A DNA stretch of 64,000 nt from a virus (IMGVR_UViG_3300021379_000006:53830-117829); one strand, 5' to 3'; positions 24,777 to 35,277 are shown, counted from the stretch's first letter. Numbers and translations are program-made. Notes: generated from the sequence alone by a model not told the origin.

Positions 24777-25447
24777 TATCTATGTATATTAATTTTATTA
24801 TCAGAATCTTCAGGTGGTATTCTTAAAGCGGTGCCCATAGTAATAAGAACTTGCTGTTCTATTTCAGCAAACAATGCTTCTGGAATATTTATCTCTTGTT
24901 CATGTCTTACAACACATTGATCTTTGGTTTCACACAACCAATCAGATATATCATCATCAAATACACCTTCTAGTTTTACAGCGTCCCATTCTAAATCAGG
25001 AAAGTATAAGTAACCATTCAAGTACCAGAAGTACTTTTGATTATTGTACCTAAATGACGTTGTTTTAGTAAGTGATGTGTAAGTACCCGGATGAGTTGCT
25101 TTAAGCTCTCTAGAGCCATCTATGGAGCTCACCGTTCTAATTAGAGGCCCCCAATAACCTTGCATCATATTTGGGAGCTTATGTTTTGTTCTTTTGATTG
25201 TACAGCCTGATTTAATTCCTGTACATTCTGCCTCTACTTTGTCTACTTCAATAAGCTCTATGAAAGGTAGAGTCTTCCATATAGCATTAAACTTCATTAG
25301 CTTGTTAGCATTATCTTGTCTTCTGATTAATAGCTGAGCAAACTTTTGAATTAAACTGTAAATATATCTATCAGTAACAAAGGCATCTTGTACCTCTGCC
25401 TTTACCTGACCCCTGATTCTTGATATTACTGATCCTATGGTTGTCAT
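24776..25447 (-). CDS. Tail ring protein
   Basis: Synteny; YFWYLNGYLY motif; 1-nt overlap with the next gene. Confidence 0.6.
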   Translation of the reverse strand: MTTIGSVISRIRGQVKAEVQDAFVTDRYIYSLIQKFAQLLIRRQDNANKLMKFNAIWKTLPFIELIEVDKVEAECTGIKSGCTIKRTKHKLPNMMQGYWGPLIRTVSSIDGSRELKATHPGTYTSLTKTTSFRYNNQKYFWYLNGYLYFPDLEWDAVKLEGVFDDDISDWLCETKDQCVVRHEQEINIPEALFAEIEQQVLITMGTALRIPPEDSDNKINIHR

Positions 25448-25452
25448 GATGT

Positions 25453-26019
25453 TTATGTTTCAAATTCATCATAGTCCTTTAGTGTTTTGTTAGTATTATC
25501 AGCGTTGGGATCATATAGATGAGAGACTTTCATTTTGTTCTGCATCTTTATGTACTTTGTCCAGTTCTGAGGATATTCTTTAGCAACCGTTCTCTTAAAA
25601 TCTCTACATGCTACAAATGACCAAAGCTCTCTGTTTTTGAATCTATACTTTGTAGACCAGTTTGTATAAAATATCTTACCTATGTTGCCGTCCGTATCCC
25701 AGTTTTTATTTCTTAACACTTTCCCATATTCATTAGACTTTGAGTAATCAATGTTTACATTCTTTGCCGGAGGGCAGGTTCCTATAAACAAATAACCTAA
25801 TGAGTCTGGTAACTCTACACCGTCTCTATGTTTTATGACTCCTTCCCACAGTGCCCTATTATATAGTTTTATAATCTCTCTTAGCTTATTATTGTCTATA
25901 TGAGAGTATAGTGGTCTCTTGTCTTTAAATTCCTTAAATGTTTCTTTATTCAGTAAGCCTAACGTTTTTCTCCTATATCTAGGAGCTTTTAGATCAGGCT
26001 TTTTGAAATTACTAATCAT
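25453..26019 (-). CDS. Divergent IHF/HU-like protein
   Basis: Basic; helix followed by GVELPDSLGYLFI and ...FVACRDFKR; usual crAss-like position before ring genes. Confidence 0.55.
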   Translation of the reverse strand: MISNFKKPDLKAPRYRRKTLGLLNKETFKEFKDKRPLYSHIDNNKLREIIKLYNRALWEGVIKHRDGVELPDSLGYLFIGTCPPAKNVNIDYSKSNEYGKVLRNKNWDTDGNIGKIFYTNWSTKYRFKNRELWSFVACRDFKRTVAKEYPQNWTKYIKMQNKMKVSHLYDPNADNTNKTLKDYDEFET

Positions 26020-26078
26020 AGTTTACATTATTAATTTACAAAAAAAACAGCACTTATAAAAGTTTAAATTGCTGTTCT

Positions 26079-27305
26079 TTAGATTGCCTGATACGTTAGT
26101 TCACATACATTACCCATTTCAGAATCTTGTAATTCTATTTTACCTGATCTTCTATTACCAACATATTTATTGTGATAGTGGTAATAATCAGTTTTACAAA
26201 GACTCGGTAAGGTCTTATGAATAAACCCAGTATTCTCAGATGTAGTTATATATTCTACTTTTTTATTGCCATGAAAATGGCCAGTAAATAGAGTTCTATT
26301 TTTAGTTGTACCCCATAACAAAGGATACTCAGTTGCGTAAACTAAAGGTGTATTTTTTGCAGGTACATCTCCATGTTCAAAAGCGTTAAAGTTTTTACCC
26401 CAAACATGTACTTTTCTTTCTGCATATTCAATATCCCACGTGATGTTTTCATCTTCAATGGACTTAGATAATGCATGTGCTAAATGAAATGATGATAATC
26501 TATCATGATTACCTGGAATATAAACCACAACAAGTTTGTTACAGAATTGCTTGATATAGTTTATACCCCAATGCATAGCATCAAATGCTTGCATATAGGC
26601 TTCAGTAGCTGTACTACAATTATCTAATACTGTACCGCTAGTTGTTGTTCCATTAAATGTGTCCATGTTAATTAAATCACCACCAACAACAAAGTATAAT
26701 GTTTCTATATAGTGAGCAGAACTTGCTCTAGGTAAAAGATTCTTTAGAGTATCTTCAAAGTCTTTATCTATTGTTTCATTCCCTTCTTTACCAAAGTGAA
26801 TATCTTGTAGTGACATTATACCACAAACTTCTTGCTTATCTTTCTTAAGAAGCTTTATATCAGTCTTTTGTACTTTAAACTTCTTAGGCGTCCAGTTATC
26901 TATAAGATCTTTAAGATACTGTTCTTCAGAATTTTTAAGTCTGCTTACAAGTGCAGATACTCTCCAGTGGTCTCCCATCTGTTTATTCCAATACTGAGAA
27001 AGTTTCCAAACGGATGTGTCTATTTTTAATAGATCAATTATTTCTTCAGCTGATTTGGGCTCATGATCAAATGTCCCTGAAATCTTTCCTTCTCCTTTGT
27101 CAAGGTCAATAGCTTCTGCTATTTCTGCATTCTTAGATGCAATGCCAAAAAATTTGCGTTTGTTTCTATCTACCCTTCTTTCAGATAGTATTTGATTTTT
27201 TACTTTGATATATTCCTTTTCAGTAATACCAAGTTTTGCAGAACAATATGACGGGTTCTTTTTCCATTTTAAAGATTCCGCTACTCTTTGTTTAAGATTA
27301 GCCAT
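26079..27305 (-). CDS. Calcineurin-like metallophosphoesterase with N-terminal HTH-like segment
   Basis: Motifs DIHFG, GGD, GNHD, HGD, GHFH in canonical order. Confidence 0.85.
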   Translation of the reverse strand: MANLKQRVAESLKWKKNPSYCSAKLGITEKEYIKVKNQILSERRVDRNKRKFFGIASKNAEIAEAIDLDKGEGKISGTFDHEPKSAEEIIDLLKIDTSVWKLSQYWNKQMGDHWRVSALVSRLKNSEEQYLKDLIDNWTPKKFKVQKTDIKLLKKDKQEVCGIMSLQDIHFGKEGNETIDKDFEDTLKNLLPRASSAHYIETLYFVVGGDLINMDTFNGTTTSGTVLDNCSTATEAYMQAFDAMHWGINYIKQFCNKLVVVYIPGNHDRLSSFHLAHALSKSIEDENITWDIEYAERKVHVWGKNFNAFEHGDVPAKNTPLVYATEYPLLWGTTKNRTLFTGHFHGNKKVEYITTSENTGFIHKTLPSLCKTDYYHYHNKYVGNRRSGKIELQDSEMGNVCELTYQAI

Positions 27306-27351
27306 AATAAAAAATTAAAGGTTTACCAAATCTAATAAAAAAAAATTAAAT

Positions 27352-27380
27352 AAAAAAAGAAGGTCCCCGTAGGGACCCTC
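27352..27380 (-). terminator. Intrinsic terminator
   Basis: GAGGGTCCC-TACG-GGGACCTTC followed by T7 on the minus strand. Confidence 0.85.
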
Positions 27381-27390
27381 TCCAACGTCT

Positions 27391-27416
27391 GTGACAGAAA
27401 ACCAACAAACTACCAC
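27391..27416 (-). ncRNA. Hairpin with loop UUUGUUGGUUUU (candidate 3'UTR-derived antisense sRNA)
   Basis: Stem GTGGTAG/CTGTCAC pairs fully only on the minus strand (two G-U pairs); sits just before the terminator. Confidence 0.45.
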
Positions 27417-27425
27417 TTCTTGTTG

Positions 27426-27989
27426 TTATGCTGATAAAGTAGTTACCAAAATCTCAACTGAATCACATGTAGCAGATCCAAAAGTTGATACTACTTTTAT
27501 TTTATATTCTGTTGCTGGGCTAAGTTCACTAACGGTATAATTAGTAATTGCTGTAGCCAAAGCGTTTGTGTTTGCTTGAGTCCAACCAGATGGTGTATCT
27601 ACAGTATCATAGAATACAGCAAAGCTTTCACTTAATGATGAAATGCCATCCCAAACAATATCAATAGTTGTACTTGTAATTTTATCTGCGTATAGATTAT
27701 AAGGCGCATGGTGTACATTATCTGCAGTACATACGTCAATTCCATTAGCAATCATCAAAGCAAATTTTTGTAAAATTTGATCCAACCTTTCTCCTGATTC
27801 AACCTTCAATATACCAGAAGGAGTTTCAATTCTAAATGTAGATCCACAATAAGAAACACACTCTGTACATTGAACATCATTACAACGCTCATTACCAACA
27901 CCACACTCAGTATAAGCACATGGTGTTGTTAAACTAGTGTCCTTACATCCACAAGGATCTGAATTACATTTACTACAATTACAAGCCAT
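27426..27989 (-). CDS. Cys-rich virion protein with C-terminal fibronectin type III domain
   Basis: Cys-rich N-terminus; APYNL...IVWD...LSPATEYKIKV FN3 signature. Confidence 0.75.
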   Translation of the reverse strand: MACNCSKCNSDPCGCKDTSLTTPCAYTECGVGNERCNDVQCTECVSYCGSTFRIETPSGILKVESGERLDQILQKFALMIANGIDVCTADNVHHAPYNLYADKITSTTIDIVWDGISSLSESFAVFYDTVDTPSGWTQANTNALATAITNYTVSELSPATEYKIKVVSTFGSATCDSVEILVTTLSA

Positions 27990-28002
27990 CTTATTTTATT
28001 TA

Positions 28003-29862
28003 TTAATTACATATACCAAGTTGAGTGATTGTTGCACTTCCCGAAACTGCAGTAAAGTATGGTTGAGTAGTTGAACAAATTGTAAATGTTGTTACGCCAA
28101 CAACAGCTGTTGAAGCAGACAAACCAGTTGAACAATCTGTATATTCTACATCTCCATCATTATTCACATCATTACTTGTTATTCTATATGATAGACACTG
28201 AGTACTACAATCTATACAGTCTGTATAAACAGTATTTATAGTTGTAGTAGATGGCGCAGTACTTGTTCCAATTACTTCCCAACAGTCTGCACCACTATCA
28301 TGAGATATCCTAACAGATTGAGCTGTAGTTAATGTACCACTTGAATAAGATCCAATAAGGACATCTCCTGGATTATTACATGATTGCAATCGATAATTAG
28401 TTGCAGCTGCTTCACCTGTTGTTATAGATGAAGAAAAGTCACATGTTCTTGTTCTACCACCAATACCTACTTCAATAGAAACAAGATATGTTGTTCCTGC
28501 AGTTAAACCTGTTAATGTAGTTGATACAGAAACTCCAGGATTAGTAATAGTATTAGATGCAGTAAGAGATCCAGTAGATACATTAGTTGCTCTTACTACA
28601 TATATAGCGGTAGATCCAATCCAGTTATTGAAAGAAACATCTATTGTGGTTGTTGTAGCTGTTTGAGTCATGCTTCCAGGACATGGTATTTCTGAAGCAA
28701 CTGTGGTTGACAATGTTTCACTACAAGTGTTTACGCCATCTGTTGTACAAAAATCTACGCTTACTGTAAAGTCATCATATAGATACAATCCTGTTAAAGC
28801 AAGGAACAATCCACTAGATGAGCTTTGTAAAGAAGCTATACTAAATACACTGCTAATAGATGCACCATTACCGTCTGTAATAGTTACAGTACTTGACCCA
28901 GAACAATCATTATATGACGCAGGAACAGAAGAACCTGTAAATAAAGCGGTAATTCCAGTTGGAATATTATCTCCAGTTGTATTTAAACTAGCAGTAAATG
29001 CATATACAATAGAATCACAAGCACCAGGACAACAATCTGTTTGTATGGTTTGAATAGCAGCATACATATCACAAAGAACAACCCATGCGTTTTGTACGGC
29101 ATGGGATAATGTTGAAGGATTGTTTACCCAGTTTGTAAGTGAACCATATGTACCCGTTCCTGATAATACCGTTGTAGACCCTGTAATACAGCTTGAAGCA
29201 TTAATAGCATTAGTAATCAATGCTGGTACACCTACTGCTGATTCTAAATCACAGAATCTAGTTTCTAAAGCAAGTGTTAATACAGAATGAGCTACCGTTT
29301 GATCTTGAAAAATACAAGAAGATAAAACATTTACTTCTTGAGCTGAGCTACTACATGGTAGTACACAGTTTTCTAGTATCACAATTCTTGATTCATGATC
29401 TAAGATTTGAGAATTAATTAATTCAATACTTGAAAGAATATCACAAATCTTATTTGCTAACATAGTAGCAAATTGATCTAAAGGAAGTGTAGTAATAGGA
29501 TTGCCTAAAGAATCTTCAAGATCAAAACAAGAAGGTACATTCATGTCAGGTAGTGTATAATCACCACCTACACTAAGATCACATACATAATCAATAATAA
29601 GTTGGATAGTATCTGTAATTGTATCTGGAGCAGTTTGTCCACTTGGGAGAACACACAATAAATCCAAACCTGATAAATCTGGTTCAGCTGTTGTTGTTTG
29701 GCTTACTATGTCACAAAGCTGTTCTGCAAGCTTTGCAACAACTTCACTAACTGTGTCTCCGCTACATAAGCTTATACATGGAATGTCTGGTCCTTGCCAA
29801 ACAACACAGTTTGAAGATATATTAGAGCAGGGTGATGTTTCCCCATTATTGATTGGTAACAT
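28003..29862 (-). CDS. Cys-rich tail/hub-associated protein with FN3-like domain
   Basis: SSNCVVWQGPDIPC N-terminus; LTGLTAGTTYLVSI FN3 signature; many Cys. Confidence 0.7.
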   Translation of the reverse strand: MLPINNGETSPCSNISSNCVVWQGPDIPCISLCSGDTVSEVVAKLAEQLCDIVSQTTTAEPDLSGLDLLCVLPSGQTAPDTITDTIQLIIDYVCDLSVGGDYTLPDMNVPSCFDLEDSLGNPITTLPLDQFATMLANKICDILSSIELINSQILDHESRIVILENCVLPCSSSAQEVNVLSSCIFQDQTVAHSVLTLALETRFCDLESAVGVPALITNAINASSCITGSTTVLSGTGTYGSLTNWVNNPSTLSHAVQNAWVVLCDMYAAIQTIQTDCCPGACDSIVYAFTASLNTTGDNIPTGITALFTGSSVPASYNDCSGSSTVTITDGNGASISSVFSIASLQSSSSGLFLALTGLYLYDDFTVSVDFCTTDGVNTCSETLSTTVASEIPCPGSMTQTATTTTIDVSFNNWIGSTAIYVVRATNVSTGSLTASNTITNPGVSVSTTLTGLTAGTTYLVSIEVGIGGRTRTCDFSSSITTGEAAATNYRLQSCNNPGDVLIGSYSSGTLTTAQSVRISHDSGADCWEVIGTSTAPSTTTINTVYTDCIDCSTQCLSYRITSNDVNNDGDVEYTDCSTGLSASTAVVGVTTFTICSTTQPYFTAVSGSATITQLGICN

Positions 29863-29993
29863 AAAAAATCCTATTTTACAACTAATAAAACTTACTAGTA
29901 TACACTATAATATACAAAAGTTTTTGTAATCAAACAAGAAGTTTAATTACTATTAAGTTGCAAAATAGGATTATAAGAAACCTAAGTTGAAAT

Positions 29994-30287
29994 TTAATCA
30001 ACTACAGCTTCTAGCTTGGGCTCTTCAGTTTTTTCAACTTCTGAAATTGTGCCGTCTGCAAGTGAAATATTAACTTCTCCATACTTTTCTTGGAGACTTA
30101 ATGAAAACTCTTGCATTCTAGCTCTCATTGCTGCATGATCATTTAATAGTTCATACTTTGCAATCTCAATGTTTGCAAGATTATTGACCGCATTGCCAAT
30201 AGCTTGCTGCAAACCTTGTAATTGTTCTAGCTCTTCAGCAGTGATCTTTTTTTCAGCTGCTGCTTTCTTTGTTGATTTTTTTGCCAT
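29994..30287 (-). CDS. Small coiled-coil protein (possible fibre assembly chaperone)
   Basis: 97 aa helical ORF with its own TATATTTG promoter-like motif. Confidence 0.65.
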   Translation of the reverse strand: MAKKSTKKAAAEKKITAEELEQLQGLQQAIGNAVNNLANIEIAKYELLNDHAAMRARMQEFSLSLQEKYGEVNISLADGTISEVEKTEEPKLEAVVD

Positions 30288-30385
30288 GACGTTTAATTAA
30301 TTAATTAATACAAATATATATGTTTTGTCTTTGATATCAAATATATAAAAAAATATTATTTGCCGCAAGGTGCAGTTCAAAGTTA

Positions 30386-30616
30386 TCAGATTAAAAAAAG
30401 TTCTTCATCTGTCAACTCCCAATCACGAATATTTTCCTCTGAATACTTCCAATTCTTGACTTCTGCCTTGGTAGTAAATTCTATTTCGTAAGACTCAATA
30501 TTAATGTTGTTATCGTTATGAGCAATACATTTGCTGCCATCTAAAGACCACGCTGGTAAATGACTCAATAAGTCAGATATTAAACTATGCTGTTCTTTTG
30601 TAAGTAAGTAATACAT
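30386..30616 (-). CDS. Hypothetical protein coupled to the lectin gene
   Basis: TAATG overlap with the upstream gene. Confidence 0.65.
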   Translation of the reverse strand: MYYLLTKEQHSLISDLLSHLPAWSLDGSKCIAHNDNNINIESYEIEFTTKAEVKNWKYSEENIRDWELTDEELFLI

Positions 30617-31584
30617 TATGGACTAGTTATAAAGGTTGCACCGTTGTTAGTCATGCTACTAATGCTGTTTTCATCAGTAACATCATTCTCCATGCGCCAT
30701 GCAGTCTCAAAATTGGTAGTAAATACATTTTCACTATCTCTACCATAGCCATAGATCGTACTTACATTGCTTGAGGAAAGCATAGCATCGTAGAGGTACA
30801 CCTCATCTATAACCCCATCCCAGATGGTATTAGGCGCAGTATTCCCATAGTTACCACCTATCTCTAGGTAATTGTGAGTTACCTCCGCAGTAGTAAAGTG
30901 TGAGTTATTACCCACACTATAAGTAAGCTCAGTGCCGTTCCAGTATGTTTTAATGCCATCGGTACTAAGGCTCTTGGTTTGATCAATACACACCATCAAA
31001 TGCGTAAAGCCATCACTATCAGTGTTACCTCTTTGTGAGCTTACCCATCCAGTACCTGAGTTTGACACGCCACTTGTTGTACTATTGGTACTATCATGCA
31101 GGGGGTATGCTCTTTGGTATGTTCTATTTACGCCATTAATGCGTTTCAAAAACTGCACTATCAAACGGTTAAAACTAGCATTGTAAAACCACAAAAACCT
31201 ACCATTAATAGCATTGTTTTCTGTATGCACCGTACAGTACAAGGCCATATTTCGTTTTGAGCTTTCATCATTCCTTACCCACATACTAATGCTAAACTTT
31301 TGAGATGGGTGAGAGCTTAGCGAGCCTCTAACGTAGTCATTAACACCATCGTAGTCTAAGGCATAGTCATTATTCCATGAGCTTAATGTATGATTATAAC
31401 TGTAAAATTCACTTATAGCATGAGGCGCACTTCCGTCTGGTCTATCAGCAGCTGCATTCGCTGTATTAATAGCCGCTATAGTTCCATCAGAAGCACTTTT
31501 AAGAGTAATTTCTCTTCCAGGCTGTAGTCCAAATTCTGTATTTAATTCGGACATTTTAATCTGTCCACTACTTTGTAATGCCAT
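30616..31584 (-). CDS. Concanavalin A-like/LamG lectin-domain receptor-binding protein
   Basis: ALDYDGVNDYV, FSISMWV, WDGVIDEVYLYD LamG signatures; MALQSSGQI fibre-tip-type N-terminus. Confidence 0.8.
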   Translation of the reverse strand: MALQSSGQIKMSELNTEFGLQPGREITLKSASDGTIAAINTANAAADRPDGSAPHAISEFYSYNHTLSSWNNDYALDYDGVNDYVRGSLSSHPSQKFSISMWVRNDESSKRNMALYCTVHTENNAINGRFLWFYNASFNRLIVQFLKRINGVNRTYQRAYPLHDSTNSTTSGVSNSGTGWVSSQRGNTDSDGFTHLMVCIDQTKSLSTDGIKTYWNGTELTYSVGNNSHFTTAEVTHNYLEIGGNYGNTAPNTIWDGVIDEVYLYDAMLSSSNVSTIYGYGRDSENVFTTNFETAWRMENDVTDENSISSMTNNGATFITSP

Positions 31585-31586
31585 AA

Positions 31587-31970
31587 TTAAGGATTAAATA
31601 TGTTTGAGAATGCAATTACATCACCCTTCATATGTAAATCTCCATCTGCCTCAATTCGAGCAACCCATACACCACTAATATAGAAGTCAATGCTGTTGTT
31701 GTTGTCAGCGTCAATAGCAATGTAGTTACTTGTATCTTTACCTATTTTAGTAATACCATCTCTTAAGTCTGATTCAATACTAAATGTCGTTCCACTTAAG
31801 TCTAATCCGCTACCCGCTGAATACGTAGTATTGGTGTTTACTACAGTTTCAGTAGCAGTAGCAATACCCGTAACGTGTCCATTGGAATCAACAGTAATGT
31901 CTTGAATGTATGTACGACCAGAGTTATTAGAACTACTTGCAGCGGTAATGTTAGGGTGAGCTGTTAAGTA
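31587..31970 (-). pseudogene. Out-of-frame 127-aa C-terminal continuation of the long tail fibre
   Basis: Reads YLTAHPNITAASSSNNSGRTYIQDIT...GDLHMKGDVIAFSNIFNP*, has no start of its own, and is a paralogous repeat of 32220-32345. Confidence 0.85.
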
Positions 31971-34900
31971 CCAGCATCATTATTAAAACCACCTACTGGT
32001 ATTTCAGATTGATCACCGCTAAGGTCAGCCCAACCCAATCCAGTGATATATCCAGCACCGTTAGTTAACTGATTATTGTTTGTAGGTATTGTAGTGCTAT
32101 TAAACGCATTAGATCCAAATGTGTAAGTCTGATTAGTAGCACCGCTTACGGCAAACGTAAGGGTATTACCAGACCTTGTAATACCATTAAGGTAATAGTT
32201 TGTGTCTGAGTTAGTAACCGTTTCTGTAGCGGAGGTTATTGCTGTTACATGGCCGTTAGAGTCAAGCGTAATGTCTTGAATATAAGTACGTCCAGAATTG
32301 TTTACAGAACTAGCGGCTGTAATGCTTGGGTGAGCTGTAAGGTATCCAGCACTTGAATGGTCACCCCAACCATATGCAGTTTTAAAGTTTTGAATGTTAG
32401 TCTTGGTAAGTGTTTCACCATCTAATGTAAGTTGATCACCTCTTAAATATGCAGTTTTTCTTGCTGCCCATCCACCAGACCAGTTACCTGTTTCAGAATT
32501 AATTTCAAGACCTTGTTCTGCATTTAAGTAAATATATTCTGCAGTCTGACCTGTAGCATAAGAATGACTTTCACCAGCACTAAGAATTAATTGTTGACCA
32601 TTACCTTTAATGTATCCATTAATTGTAAGAGCGCCTGTAAAAGTATCATTAGCATTACTTCTTAAAAATGCAGTACTATCAAGACCATCAAGTAAATTTG
32701 AATCCGCAGCCTTGCCAGAAGTTGTAAGATATCCACTAAACGTAGGTAATACTTCATTGTCTATTCTGTCATCTGTATGACTTATTGCATCAGCCAAAGC
32801 ACTAGCTGCACTACCAGCTGGATCAAATGCAGAAGTATCCTGATATGCAGCTGAACCAAATATTTCAGCAAATCTTTTTCTGCGTTCTGCACCATTGTCA
32901 AGAAGAATTAATTCATCCACTCCTGTATCAACTGCTGCAGTCATATCTGTAAACTCAGATAAATCAAGTGTAATGTTTGGTGTTGTAGTTCCGTTTGAAA
33001 TATCAAGACCCGTACCCACTGTCACGGAAGTTACTGTACCACTTGTTGTTGTGTATCCAGCATCATTAGTCCACTGGGATATATTACCGGACTTATTAGT
33101 TAGTGTATCTGTAGAAGACGCAGTTATAAAACCATAAGTATTATTCCAACCAGTATTACCATCTGTAATATAACCAGCACTTGCATGATCTCCCCAAGAA
33201 TATGCTGTGTTCCAGTTTGTAGAGTTGCCACCTGTAGTTACAATTTCACCCGTTATTGTTATACCGGTAGACGTTGTTGTAAGCTTCTGCCCGGCATTGT
33301 GGTATAATCTGACACCTGCATTTTCAGTCCATTGAATCAGCCAATCAGCATTTTGATCGTCATAAATACCTCCTGTTGTTCCATCGCCCATTAATGAGAA
33401 TATGAACTCATTAGATGTATTGCCTATTTGAAGACCACCCCAACTAGAGGTGTTGCTATTGATATATAGCAAATCAGCCCTATCTGAAGATTCAGTTAGT
33501 GTAACTTTAGAACCAATGTTAATTGTATTTGTGCTAAATGAAGAAGGAACTCCAGTAATATACCCAGCACCATTGGTTAGCTGGTTGTTATTTGTAGGAA
33601 TAGCTGGCAACACTTCATTGTCAATACGTTGATCAACTGCATCAGCAGATCCCGCTGCATCAAATCTACTATCTAAATCTCTAGTACCTACTGCAGTAAC
33701 GTGACCATATCCATCTACAGTAATATCTTCTATAACAATTCCGTTATTACTACCTCCATAAGCACCAGATAAAGTAGATGTATCATCATGGCTAATACTA
33801 ATAGTTACGTTACTAGAAGCATTAGCTGTAAATGTACCAGATCCTCCAAGAGCACCCGTACCTTGTACAGTAAGAGTTGCATTATTAACTGTAGGAATAT
33901 TAGATGTAAGAGCTACAGTACCAGAAGCATTTGGTAAAGTATAAGTTCTATCAGCTGTTAAAGTGCTGGCTAATAATAATCCTTCATATGCATCTGCTGC
34001 ACTACCTTCAAACAAAATACCGTTTGATGTAGAAACAACTTCAACTTGATCAGTAACCGTTGTACCTGTAACAGTAAGATTACCATTAATGGTCATACCT
34101 GCAAATGATGGAGAGTCAGATGTTCTTAAATGTTGATTAAGTGCATCAGCATATCCGTTATCTGTAAATCTTCCATCTAGATCAACGGTAAGATCTCCAA
34201 GACCTTGCCTTGTTAATGTAAGTACACCGTTGCTTGTACTAAAACTAGCACCTGTTATATAGTTGTTCGTATTGGTATCTGAAGATGAAATTTCTAGTGT
34301 ATTTGTTCCAGCATCATAACTAACACCAGTAGCACCAGCACCTGTTACAATTAATGTATCACCAGATGCAATAACCTCAGTCGCAGAACCATCACTAATT
34401 CTCCAACCACCATAATTATCAGCAGTTGCAGATCCTGTATATCCTAAGTTTGCAAGAGTAAGTGTTCTAGTGCTATGTGATGTAATAACACCATCGGTCA
34501 TATAAATATTATCAACTACTGTTGCACCTGAAGTAATAATATCAGAATCAGTACCAATTACAGTATTACCGCTAGATGTTACATAACCTGCAGCAGCGTG
34601 ATCGCCCCAACCATATGCAGTATTCCAATTTGAAATGTTAGTTGCTGTAATACCAGCTGCAGCAGAAGCACTAAATATAGGATCTGTTTCTGTGTATGAT
34701 GTTAGATATCTGCCATCAAGATCTACAGATGCTCCAGCATTACCAACACCAGTTAATGATAAAATACCATTACCCGTATTAAATGAAGCACCATTAATAT
34801 AATCTATATCATTAGTGTCTGTATTTGTGTCTGTGGAGGTAATTGTTACTGTACCTCCAGCACTGTAGCTGAGGGAAACATTTGAACCTGCCACCAGGTT

Positions 34901-35233
34901 TAAGTCTCCCCCAGACTGTACAGTTGTTCTTTGAGTCCCATTAGTTTTGAGATTCCAAGAACCATAGTTATCGTAATTATGAACATGGCTAGATAAAGCA
35001 TATCTACCATCAAGATCAACAGTCTGATCTGTAGCACCGGACACAGTTAAGGTTAAAACACCATTTCCTGTGTTAAAAGAGGCACCACTCAAATAATAAT
35101 TAGAGGAAGCTGTAACACTTTGAAATGTTACATTTCCATTACCGTCAGTTGTCAATACTTGACCATTGGAGCCATCAACTGTTGGCAGCTGATATGCTCC
35201 GTGGTCTATAGCAGATAAAAATTTAATAGCCAT
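31964..35233 (-). CDS. Long tail fibre protein (apparently truncated by a 1-nt frameshift)
   Basis: Thr/Gly/Ser-rich with repeats DLDGRY/F x3, TAY(G/S)WGDH x3, IPTNNNQLTNGAGYIT x2. Confidence 0.8.
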   Translation of the reverse strand: MAIKFLSAIDHGAYQLPTVDGSNGQVLTTDGNGNVTFQSVTASSNYYLSGASFNTGNGVLTLTVSGATDQTVDLDGRYALSSHVHNYDNYGSWNLKTNGTQRTTVQSGGDLNLVAGSNVSLSYSAGGTVTITSTDTNTDTNDIDYINGASFNTGNGILSLTGVGNAGASVDLDGRYLTSYTETDPIFSASAAAGITATNISNWNTAYGWGDHAAAGYVTSSGNTVIGTDSDIITSGATVVDNIYMTDGVITSHSTRTLTLANLGYTGSATADNYGGWRISDGSATEVIASGDTLIVTGAGATGVSYDAGTNTLEISSSDTNTNNYITGASFSTSNGVLTLTRQGLGDLTVDLDGRFTDNGYADALNQHLRTSDSPSFAGMTINGNLTVTGTTVTDQVEVVSTSNGILFEGSAADAYEGLLLASTLTADRTYTLPNASGTVALTSNIPTVNNATLTVQGTGALGGSGTFTANASSNVTISISHDDTSTLSGAYGGSNNGIVIEDITVDGYGHVTAVGTRDLDSRFDAAGSADAVDQRIDNEVLPAIPTNNNQLTNGAGYITGVPSSFSTNTINIGSKVTLTESSDRADLLYINSNTSSWGGLQIGNTSNEFIFSLMGDGTTGGIYDDQNADWLIQWTENAGVRLYHNAGQKLTTTSTGITITGEIVTTGGNSTNWNTAYSWGDHASAGYITDGNTGWNNTYGFITASSTDTLTNKSGNISQWTNDAGYTTTSGTVTSVTVGTGLDISNGTTTPNITLDLSEFTDMTAAVDTGVDELILLDNGAERRKRFAEIFGSAAYQDTSAFDPAGSAASALADAISHTDDRIDNEVLPTFSGYLTTSGKAADSNLLDGLDSTAFLRSNANDTFTGALTINGYIKGNGQQLILSAGESHSYATGQTAEYIYLNAEQGLEINSETGNWSGGWAARKTAYLRGDQLTLDGETLTKTNIQNFKTAYGWGDHSSAGYLTAHPSITAASSVNNSGRTYIQDITLDSNGHVTAITSATETVTNSDTNYYLNGITRSGNTLTFAVSGATNQTYTFGSNAFNSTTIPTNNNQLTNGAGYITGLGWADLSGDQSEIPVGGFNNDAGT

Positions 35234-35277
35234 GTCTTAATATTCAGATTTATACAAATCTAATAATTATTCTAAAA

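Noticed and set aside
31860-32345. Diversity-generating retroelement TR/VR pair in the fibre repeats
   Set aside because: Differences are mostly synonymous and not adenine-specific; no reverse transcriptase in the window
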